Source: Trichodesmium erythraeum IMS101
GTDB taxonomy: Bacteria; Cyanobacteriota; Cyanobacteriia; Cyanobacteriales; Microcoleaceae
Length of the DNA: 32,000 nt
Assembly: GCF_000014265.1 (NCBI RefSeq)
Contig: NC_008312.1
Span: forward strand, 6,330,001 to 6,362,000
Reading direction: 5' to 3'
Within the stretch, counting starts at the first letter, position 1. The number at the start of each line of letters is the position of its first letter. This document shows positions 24,668 to 32,000 of this stretch, piece by piece. The translations under genes and the position numbers were made by a program. Below the pieces are notes generated by a model, which saw nothing but the letters and a program-made list of their open reading frames with translations, had not been told where the DNA came from and made no database searches.

Positions 24668-27600
24668 TTATTTTGTCGATTTGTCACAGAATGCCTCGGG
24701 ACGATAACCATCAGGAGTCGCGTTTTCAACAAAATTGCCATCGTCGTCTATGACTTTAGAACACAACAAAGTTTTTACCCACCTATCATCGAAACTTACT
24801 TCCCGATAATACCTGTCTGGTTTACCACTTGAGTCTTCCCCGCTCAGTAGTTGAGAAAAGTAGTCGGGGGGCTGAGATAACAAACCTACATCATATCCCC
24901 AGTTACGATCAGGTGGTAGGAAGTATCCCACCCTAGAGCCCCTTTTATCAATTACGTAGTTGTTGATTTTATAGGAACCCGGATATCCAAAATCGGTGGA
25001 TACTTTATCCAAAAGATGTGGATAAGGTGCAGTAGCATAGGCACTACGACTTAATTGCATGAAACTACCAGTGATCTTGGCAGTAAAGTTGTTGTTCTTG
25101 TCTTTTGCCCAGTTTTCTAGGAAACGAGGCAAGTTTTGTAAACCACCATTGCTTTCTCCAGGACGAGGTGGCACGTCACCAGAGCCTACTATTAAGTTAA
25201 ATATAGTATCTCCAGAAGCTCGGGTTAGCCACCTTGGCCCATTGTTTAGAGTTGTGTTATTCTCGCTTGGTAGTGTGGCTTGAGTCTCTTCAGGTGTTTC
25301 TGTTGGTAGATAGTTTTGTAGAACAGGTATTAGTAAAGGTTGTTGAACTGTTACTTCCTGCAAATAAGCCAAAGGATATTGGTTGCCATAGTTGTGATCA
25401 TTTGGGTTGTTGCTGTGTGGCACAGGAGGATTGCTAGAAGAAGTTCTGAACCAGAGAGCATTTTCAGCTAGCCTAGGTAGGCTACCGCCGCTGTAGGGGA
25501 AAACATTCACCAGCTCATTATTATTTATTCCTATTGGAATTGGTAAACTACTGTCTAATATTAACTCGTTATTTGTATTCCGAGCAAACGCTACACGTCT
25601 TGGGTAACGGCGATCCTCAGCCTCTAGTGGGGGGCGAGCTGTTGTGCCTGCAACTAAATTATTGACACTTGTTCCAACTAGTTCAGATCCTTTCTCATCA
25701 CTATTGACAGCATTGTTACCCACAAACCAATCACCAGGCCCACAAGAAAACACAGTAGGTTTACGACAGATCTCCATTACATACTCTGGGAAATTTCCAC
25801 GTCGCTGAACAGGCGTCACATAATTATTGAAGTAAGAACTATTGACAGCAGGACCATTATTATTAGTCGCGTAATTCTTATCTGTTCGAGCCCCAGTTCC
25901 TGTAATATCAGCACCGCTACTCAGGCCATTGGTAACAAAATTGTTCTCATAGAAACCATTTAACATCCGAGCGCCAGCAACAGTAACATCGCTGGCTGAG
26001 ACGTTGGTATTTGTGTTTTGTCTGTCGCCGTCTAGGTCAAAGTTTAATGCTGTTTCGTCAAACGGCCCTCCTACAGGGTATCCTACTTTGAGGGGGCTAC
26101 CAGCATTATTTCTCAGATCAAAATCTCCTTCATCACGAAAACCCGTACGAAAACCTTCAGATAACAAAGTAATGGCATCTGACACCACAGTTGCGGGACG
26201 CCAACTATCTCCTTGTGTGCACTTAGGAAGCCTAGGATCTCCAGGACGACAAGCAAAATTAGGATTTATCTTATTTTTAGTGCGAGTATAGAAATTACTC
26301 CAGTTAGATGTTAACTCGTCATTAAACTCCTCTTGAGTATGAAGATTAAAATTACCTTTAATATACACTGGCAAATTAGTGACTAAGGTTAAACCCTTTT
26401 CTTTTACTACATCGGACAGTTTCTTAACGCCATCATCATTTTGGCCATCGTTATTATTATCATTTCTAGCTAGACGCTCACCATTGATCAACATTATGCC
26501 ATTAGGTCGTCGAGTCGGATCTAACTTATAGTCTGTGGGACTTAAAGCCTTAGTCCTGTCCTCATCTATGCCTGTTCCTTCACTATTTTGAGATCGATCG
26601 CTCCTATCTGGCAAAGCATCATCCCGACTAGCATAAATAATACCGCTATATGGGAGTAAATATTCTTTTTTTAGTCCCGTTGATACCTCACTAGGAATTG
26701 CGCTACCAAAAGAAGATATACTTTGATTTCTCATTTGACCTAAGTCCAATTGAGTCAAGCGAATTTCCAGAGGTTGCCGCTCCTCTAAGGGCAGGTTATA
26801 TTCTGCTTTTAATTGGGCTGGTTCAGCTAGAGTGCTATTAAGGGTAAAAGTCTCGTCAACATTAGGGGTACTGACGTTATCCGCATGTATAGCTTTTATT
26901 TGTCTGGCATCCAATAGAGTTACTTCTTTAATTACACCATCAGCAATAGTTACTCCAGGGGAAGGACTGTTAGTTGAAGTCAATGTGCCGTCTAATATAT
27001 CCAAAGAACAGAGAGTAGAATCTATTGCTGCTTGTTCTGCTAAAGTGAGTTCGTTACCATTAGACAACCTTCTTAAAGCTTTTCGCAGAGGCTCGTTAGC
27101 AAACCTGCCATTTGGAAAAACCATGTTTGCTTGTGTTCCCAGTTCAGATGGGCTTGTTCCGGAAAACAAACCTGTAGTTGCGTCAAAACTAGCAGTCGTT
27201 GGTCTACTTGTTTTTGGTGGTGGGTAAACCACACCGTTGTTTGAGTTACCATCTGGTGCTGCACCAAACCCTACGTCTGGTAACGGCGATAGGTTTTTTG
27301 CTGTTTTCCTGCTTGTTGGGTCGTAGTAACTACTAATACAAGCAATAGGAGCTTGTTCGTTGTCTGTAGAATCAGATCTTTGGTCAATGGGGTCTCGTGC
27401 GTAGTGATACAACACTGTTGCACGCATTATCAGATCTCCTTTGGCATACTGGGGAGTATCTGGGTCAATTGTCGGAAGTTGAGAGGGATATAAAGATGTA
27501 TCTAGAGGCCAATTTGGGCCTTGAGATGGAAGCGTAACACTGTTCACTTTAGCCCCAGGACTAGGCGACATTGGCATAGTATCTGGCCAGACAACTGTAT

Positions 27601-29515
27601 ATTGTTCAGTCTGAGGAGTTGCTGGGTCATCATAGGGGTTTCCTGGAGGTGGCGGCAGAAAAGAATTCTGGCGCTTATAAACTCCTGCTCCTGTAATTAT
27701 ACGTAAGCCACCAACGCCCTCTAAAGCATCTTCAGGCACTTGCGCCGCCGCCTTTTCCCAAAAGCCACCCCGATCTGTAGAACCCACATCAGGTAGTTCT
27801 GTGACGCGAGGTTTACGGGTACGAAGAGGATCATTGATTTGGTTTCCATCATCATCAAGCCATTTTCCACCTGTTTCTTGTGGATAAAAGACAAACTTAG
27901 AATCATTTGGGCTGGAGACGTCTTTAGAATCATCCCACCATTCAACTGGCAGGTTATTTCCTACAAGTATACGTTCTCCCAAAAAATTCTCTGGGCGATC
28001 ATCTTGTTGATCATCTGGTTTCCTTGCTTTTAGTTGATCATTTTTGAGAGACAATTTAGTTTCAGCGTCTGTTGGCAGTATCCATTTATCTGGTGGTTTA
28101 AGTGTATTACCACTATTTTCAGGAGTATCTGTCGGATCATATACATCAGATGGGCTTACTTCTGCAAAAGTTACTCTTCTGGTTCTATCGCGGAAGTAAA
28201 GACCTATTATCTCGCGACGTATTTCTTTCTCCCTATCTTCGTCACCTTCTTTTCCTTCCTTCTTAAGCTGCTTCTCTACTTGGCTTTTAACTATTTCAGG
28301 GTCTTGTGTTTTATTTTTGTCCACTTGATCGTCAACCATAACCTCAATACGCTTACTGTATGCGTTGTTGTTATACATTGCCTCAAAAGCATTGTTATTC
28401 ACAGACTGATCTGTAGTGGTAATTTTGTCTGTTGTTACAGTTACCCCTTGGCCCTGAAATAAATCTACCTCTACGTCGTTTCTCTCGTCTTTATTACTTG
28501 ACATTCCATTAACAACGTTTCCCCCAACAATGATCTTGCTATTTTCTGCTTGATAGAAGCAAGACTCATTACTACTTACTTGATATAAGCGTAAAGCGTT
28601 CTCAAAAGGAGAAACTACTAAGTTACTGTTTGTTACAATTCTCCCATTCAGACGAAAAGCCGGACCTGGAGATATTTCCAAATCATCTTGATATACCACA
28701 GCATTGTTGCTCAGAGGAACTCTTTTCCAGTCCTCTTGATATTCCAGAGCAGTAATAGATGGGTTTGTTTTATTTTCCTGTATAGGAACAGCCACTGTGT
28801 AGACAAAAAAACTTTTGATGAAATCACCTGTTGCTGTGTTTTTATACCAGCCATTCCCTGTTGAGCTTAAGTCTCCAGAGCAGTCTTCCTTTTGCAGTGT
28901 TCCTACAGCTACTGGCGGAGTTCTTGCTTGTAAAGGTGTTTTCGCCCTCTTGTCAAGGGGAGTCTTGAGATATATGCCATATATTACATAATGATCATCG
29001 TCTCCATCTCCATTTGTGTCAAAAGGAAACCTCCACGCAGTTGTGATCTCATCTTCCGTTTTAGGATCGTTATCGTTGTAAGTCACCTTTAAGCGCCTTT
29101 CATCTGGAAACTTATACCTCTGATCAATGGCATCACTTAAATATGCGTCAACTCCTCGCTCACTAGGTGTTTGCCCCCTTGGTAAAGTAGGATCTTCCCT
29201 CAATAAATACTGAAGTTTAGCCTCCGCCCTATCAAGAGCAGGAGCAGCTAAACTCAGGGCTTCTTGGCTTGCTGTAACTTTGCTAACTTGTTCAGCTCGA
29301 TCAAAAGACCGCAGTAATATAGCTGAAGTCAGTAATACTACTGCCAACATTACCATTGTAGCTGTTGGGAGCACAAACCCTGCATTAAAAAGGTTACCAT
29401 TAACTTGTTTGCCTGGAGCGATCGCCCTGACAAACCCCTTAGCCAGTAGCCTTAGTTGTCTTCTTATCTTTGTGAGTCTACTATTGATATTTTTTAAAAT
29501 ACGATGGTAATACAT
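24668..29515 (-). CDS. hpsA: Giant (1615 aa) HpsA-like protein with a single N-terminal pilin-like hydrophobic anchor
   Basis: Uninterrupted 4.8 kb ORF with an ATG start. N-terminus ...GNLFNAG|FVLPTATMVMLAVVLLTSAILL, then a large Asn/Asp/Pro/Thr-rich region. It sits directly upstream of four pseudopilin genes, as in the Nostoc punctiforme hpsA-D arrangement. The symbol rests on architecture and synteny, not on an alignment I could run. Confidence 0.7.
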   Translation of the reverse strand: MYYHRILKNINSRLTKIRRQLRLLAKGFVRAIAPGKQVNGNLFNAGFVLPTATMVMLAVVLLTSAILLRSFDRAEQVSKVTASQEALSLAAPALDRAEAKLQYLLREDPTLPRGQTPSERGVDAYLSDAIDQRYKFPDERRLKVTYNDNDPKTEDEITTAWRFPFDTNGDGDDDHYVIYGIYLKTPLDKRAKTPLQARTPPVAVGTLQKEDCSGDLSSTGNGWYKNTATGDFIKSFFVYTVAVPIQENKTNPSITALEYQEDWKRVPLSNNAVVYQDDLEISPGPAFRLNGRIVTNSNLVVSPFENALRLYQVSSNESCFYQAENSKIIVGGNVVNGMSSNKDERNDVEVDLFQGQGVTVTTDKITTTDQSVNNNAFEAMYNNNAYSKRIEVMVDDQVDKNKTQDPEIVKSQVEKQLKKEGKEGDEDREKEIRREIIGLYFRDRTRRVTFAEVSPSDVYDPTDTPENSGNTLKPPDKWILPTDAETKLSLKNDQLKARKPDDQQDDRPENFLGERILVGNNLPVEWWDDSKDVSSPNDSKFVFYPQETGGKWLDDDGNQINDPLRTRKPRVTELPDVGSTDRGGFWEKAAAQVPEDALEGVGGLRIITGAGVYKRQNSFLPPPPGNPYDDPATPQTEQYTVVWPDTMPMSPSPGAKVNSVTLPSQGPNWPLDTSLYPSQLPTIDPDTPQYAKGDLIMRATVLYHYARDPIDQRSDSTDNEQAPIACISSYYDPTSRKTAKNLSPLPDVGFGAAPDGNSNNGVVYPPPKTSRPTTASFDATTGLFSGTSPSELGTQANMVFPNGRFANEPLRKALRRLSNGNELTLAEQAAIDSTLCSLDILDGTLTSTNSPSPGVTIADGVIKEVTLLDARQIKAIHADNVSTPNVDETFTLNSTLAEPAQLKAEYNLPLEERQPLEIRLTQLDLGQMRNQSISSFGSAIPSEVSTGLKKEYLLPYSGIIYASRDDALPDRSDRSQNSEGTGIDEDRTKALSPTDYKLDPTRRPNGIMLINGERLARNDNNNDGQNDDGVKKLSDVVKEKGLTLVTNLPVYIKGNFNLHTQEEFNDELTSNWSNFYTRTKNKINPNFACRPGDPRLPKCTQGDSWRPATVVSDAITLLSEGFRTGFRDEGDFDLRNNAGSPLKVGYPVGGPFDETALNFDLDGDRQNTNTNVSASDVTVAGARMLNGFYENNFVTNGLSSGADITGTGARTDKNYATNNNGPAVNSSYFNNYVTPVQRRGNFPEYVMEICRKPTVFSCGPGDWFVGNNAVNSDEKGSELVGTSVNNLVAGTTARPPLEAEDRRYPRRVAFARNTNNELILDSSLPIPIGINNNELVNVFPYSGGSLPRLAENALWFRTSSSNPPVPHSNNPNDHNYGNQYPLAYLQEVTVQQPLLIPVLQNYLPTETPEETQATLPSENNTTLNNGPRWLTRASGDTIFNLIVGSGDVPPRPGESNGGLQNLPRFLENWAKDKNNNFTAKITGSFMQLSRSAYATAPYPHLLDKVSTDFGYPGSYKINNYVIDKRGSRVGYFLPPDRNWGYDVGLLSQPPDYFSQLLSGEDSSGKPDRYYREVSFDDRWVKTLLCSKVIDDDGNFVENATPDGYRPEAFCDKSTK

Positions 29516-29858
29516 AGGCTCTTACTTAATATTTAATATTCTTGGTATTACCTAATAAGATTTGTTATTAGGAACTCAAGCCATTACTTTTCATATTGCC
29601 CATATTGACTAAAAAAATTACACTGCCATAACAAATTGACTTAAATTAATATTTTAGCTTGACTAGGTCTAGATTTTTTTCCTCTCCCTGAATTAAAAAC
29701 AGAAGCAGGCTATTGAAATAGAGCCAAAGCTTAGGGAGAGCAACCTACTACCCATGAGACGAGGCAAAATATTTAATAAAAGTAGACTCCTTGAACATTG
29801 GATCCTAATTTCATCCTCCGCCCCAGGAGTTGACACCGAGAAGTATGTCAATATAGTC

Positions 29859-30704
29859 CTATGATTTTAATAATTCTAAGTTAAACCCAGAAATATTATC
29901 CAATATATATTGCTTCTGAGATTCATCAAAGATTTTATTGAACTTGTCAGAACCAAATTTTTTAATTTCCTGACTAACTGTTCTCCCCCCTTTCTCTGAA
30001 CTTAAAAACGTAGCAGCTTGACTGTAACTTGTGATCATCGTTTCATCAAACTCTAGAGATAGAAAATTACATACCCTCTTGATCATAGCAGAAGTATTTG
30101 TAACAAGCTCGTCATAACTCAGCAAAATATGATTAGATTTCTGAGAATACTTCATACTAATTTCTATTGACTCCTTCCATCTTTCTAGGCAGCGGTTTAT
30201 GTCCCATGCCCCATACCATTCTTGAGGATATTTATGAGTCACTTCATACAAAGAAGCTACCACATCAGAACCATTTCTTAAAAGATGGATCATTCTAGCT
30301 TCAGGTAACATCTTTTCTATGTAGTCTAAATAAAGCAAATGGTCCGGTGTTTTTTCTAGCCACAGACTCTTACCTTCTTCTACAGTTAAAATATTTAAGA
30401 CCTTAATAAAACTACGAGTATATAAATCTATAAAATCTAGAATGGGAATTTTAGGAAAATATTTTAACATTTCTGGGCGATTAATTTGATTTTTAAAGTA
30501 TTGATTTAAATGTGGTTTTAAACGCCGGGAAATTAATCCAAATTTTTTTCGCTTAGGCTCATACTTAGCTACTCCATAGAGAAAAAACTTAGTTTCAGGA
30601 AAAGAAGCTATTTCAGGATGAGTTGCCAATATACTTTGTAATAATGTTGTCCCAGAACGAGGACATCCAAAAATAAAAATAGGTGCTTGAAGTTTTGGTT
30701 TCAT
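29859..30704 (-). CDS. Sulfotransferase (PAPS-dependent family)
   Basis: ORF frame 29859..30710. I prefer the ATG at 30704, preceded by aaaGGTGatt. 5'-PSB loop FGCPRSGTTLLQSIL and 3'-PB region HLLRNGSDVVASL. Confidence 0.8.
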   Translation of the reverse strand: MKPKLQAPIFIFGCPRSGTTLLQSILATHPEIASFPETKFFLYGVAKYEPKRKKFGLISRRLKPHLNQYFKNQINRPEMLKYFPKIPILDFIDLYTRSFIKVLNILTVEEGKSLWLEKTPDHLLYLDYIEKMLPEARMIHLLRNGSDVVASLYEVTHKYPQEWYGAWDINRCLERWKESIEISMKYSQKSNHILLSYDELVTNTSAMIKRVCNFLSLEFDETMITSYSQAATFLSSEKGGRTVSQEIKKFGSDKFNKIFDESQKQYILDNISGFNLELLKS

Positions 30705-30765
30705 AATCACCTTTTAATTAATGAAAAATTATAAACGCAAAAATCAAAATATTCTCCATTTTTTC

Positions 30766-31701
30766 TTATTTATTAAACCAGACCTGTACAAAATAACCCC
30801 AACTACGCCAAATACGACACCTAGTTGTTAATCGTACTCTACTTTGTGGCCAAAATTGTGCAATAACTCTTTTTAAATTAAGTAAATTCCACAAACTTTC
30901 TAGATATTCACGAGTTATGGACTTACCTATTATCTGATCAGCGATCGCATCAGACCGGCCTTGCCAATAACTGCGACTCAACAACCATTTAGCATTAATT
31001 CTTTCCTTCGGTACCCAATGCTGCACAGACGCTTTAGGGTTGTAATAAAACTTCCCACCAAATTGTTCTAAAGTTAAATTTAGTAATAACTCTTCTTGGG
31101 ATAATAGTTTTTTTCCTTGACGGCCTAACTTTTCATTAAAACCCCCCACATTTTTGAGAGACTCCTTGGTATATGCCATATTTGCCCCATAGGGAAATTT
31201 ATTTGTTTTAAACCACTTAGGTTGTGAGCCATAGTCAAGTACAGTAAAAAAATCCTCCATAGTTTTATCTATCCAGTCTGGTTTAGGAATTTCCCATAAC
31301 CCATAAATAGGTCCACCAACACATACTGGAGATGGTTTAACCGTTGTAAAACTATCTAATATCGACTCTAACCATTCCTCACAAGGAATAGCATCATCAT
31401 CTAAATATGCAACATATTTACCTTTGGCCAGACTTAAACCTAAATTACGAGCCCTTGACAGTCCCAGTACTGGTTCATATATATAACGAAAATTAGAATA
31501 GTTTTCTTGATAGCGATCGCCTATTTCTTTAGTATTATCCTCAGAAACATTATCTATAATTAAAACTTCAAAATTTTGATTAGGAAAAGACTGTTTTACC
31601 AGTCCTTCTAAAGCTAAAATCAACCTATCAGCTCTATTATGAGTGCATATAACCACAGAAACTATTGGTTGAATATTTTTTTGAATTTCAATTGAAGACA
31701 T
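30766..31701 (-). CDS. Family 2 glycosyltransferase (GT-A fold)
   Basis: 311 aa. VSVVICTHNRADRL...FEVLIIDNVSEDNT...RARNLGL...YVAYLDDDA (DxD motif). Confidence 0.85.
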   Translation of the reverse strand: MSSIEIQKNIQPIVSVVICTHNRADRLILALEGLVKQSFPNQNFEVLIIDNVSEDNTKEIGDRYQENYSNFRYIYEPVLGLSRARNLGLSLAKGKYVAYLDDDAIPCEEWLESILDSFTTVKPSPVCVGGPIYGLWEIPKPDWIDKTMEDFFTVLDYGSQPKWFKTNKFPYGANMAYTKESLKNVGGFNEKLGRQGKKLLSQEELLLNLTLEQFGGKFYYNPKASVQHWVPKERINAKWLLSRSYWQGRSDAIADQIIGKSITREYLESLWNLLNLKRVIAQFWPQSRVRLTTRCRIWRSWGYFVQVWFNK

Positions 31702-31840
31702 AAATAGTCTAATAAAACTTTTTTCTAGCAGTTTATAAATTGATCAAGCATGAAGCCATAGAGCAGTAGAGAAAACATCAAAATAAATAGATATTAATAG
31801 TTAAAACTTATTATTTACCAATCAAATTAAGCCAAACTAG

Positions 31841-31999
31841 CTAGTAGCTATTTAAGCTATTATCCTTAATAAAATGTGCGTACTTACTTTTTTTAATTGC
31901 TTGAATTAACTCCTCATAATTTTCTACCATTTTTGAAAGATCTAATGGCATTAACTTGACCAGATTAGTTTTCACAGGATTTGAGGGTAAATTAAATAA
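31841..31999 (-). CDS. 3' end of an unidentified minus-strand gene; the start lies beyond the window
   Basis: My reverse-complement translation gives ...LFNLPSNPVKTNLVKLMPLDLSKMVENYEELIQAIKKSKYAHFIKDNSLNSY*, with the stop at 31841-31843. It is open to the window edge. No motif recognised. Confidence 0.3.
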   Translation of the reverse strand, partial: LFNLPSNPVKTNLVKLMPLDLSKMVENYEELIQAIKKSKYAHFIKDNSLNSY

Positions 32000-32000
32000 T

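Noticed and set aside
25059-29510. Ten ORFs from the track lying within the hpsA-like gene. Eight are plus-strand (25059-25283, 25234-25437, 26004-26291, 26832-27227, 27521-27706, 27839-28033, 28034-28462, 29280-29510). Two are minus-strand in another frame (27073-27267, 27721-27945).
   Set aside because: All are fully embedded in an uninterrupted 4.8-kb ORF with protein-like composition. Their own translations are low-complexity or Cys/Arg/Leu-rich, as is typical of antisense or off-frame reading, and none has a recognisable motif.
29516-29858. Search for a J-box-like or other defined promoter upstream of the hpsA-like gene.
   Set aside because: Only weak resemblances were found (for example GGGCAATAT on the minus strand). 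Nothing good enough to annotate.
1-32000. tRNA, rRNA, tmRNA, RNase P RNA and group II intron signatures in the large non-coding gaps.
   Set aside because: By eye I found no T-loop GGTTCGAATCC-type motif in a cloverleaf context, no GAGGAAAGTCC (RNase P) and no domain V-like GAGCCGTAT motif. A covariance-model scan is needed to exclude them properly.

Overview
AT-rich cyanobacterial chromosomal segment. Supporting signs are 11 perfect HIP1 octamers (GCGATCGC), STRR-like heptamer arrays and phycobilisome genes. Only about two thirds of the window is coding, with ORF-free gaps of 0.8-2.4 kb. I associate that pattern with Trichodesmium-like filamentous marine cyanobacteria, but this is inference, not proven. 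Left to right: (1) a truncated beta-CASP-like MBL hydrolase gene; (2) a phycoerythrin-type rod-linker / bilin-lyase cluster (CpeC-like, a second linker, CpeS-like); (3) a 2 kb gap with one doubtful ORF; (4) a 547-aa protein with an N-terminal ribbon-helix-helix domain and a long coiled coil encoded by 90/180-bp tandem repeats; (5) an OpuA/ProU-type betaine ABC transporter (ProV with CBS domains, plus a fused ProW-ProX), with an ~85-bp duplicated relic of the proV 3' end between the two genes; (6) a second CpcS/CpcU-type lyase, a pentapeptide-repeat protein and a methyltransferase-HIT fusion; (7) a 2.4 kb ORF-free gap; (8) a TerB-like / Mo-nitro_C fusion protein and Obg GTPase; (9) the most interesting block, 20.4-31.7 kb on the minus strand. 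That block holds a GT2 glycosyltransferase, a sulfotransferase, a 1615-aa HpsA-like giant protein and four prepilin-type pseudopilins. It is an Hps-type polysaccharide secretion / gliding-motility locus whose mechanism is still uncharacterised. No tRNA, rRNA, CRISPR array, transposase or phage gene was recognised.
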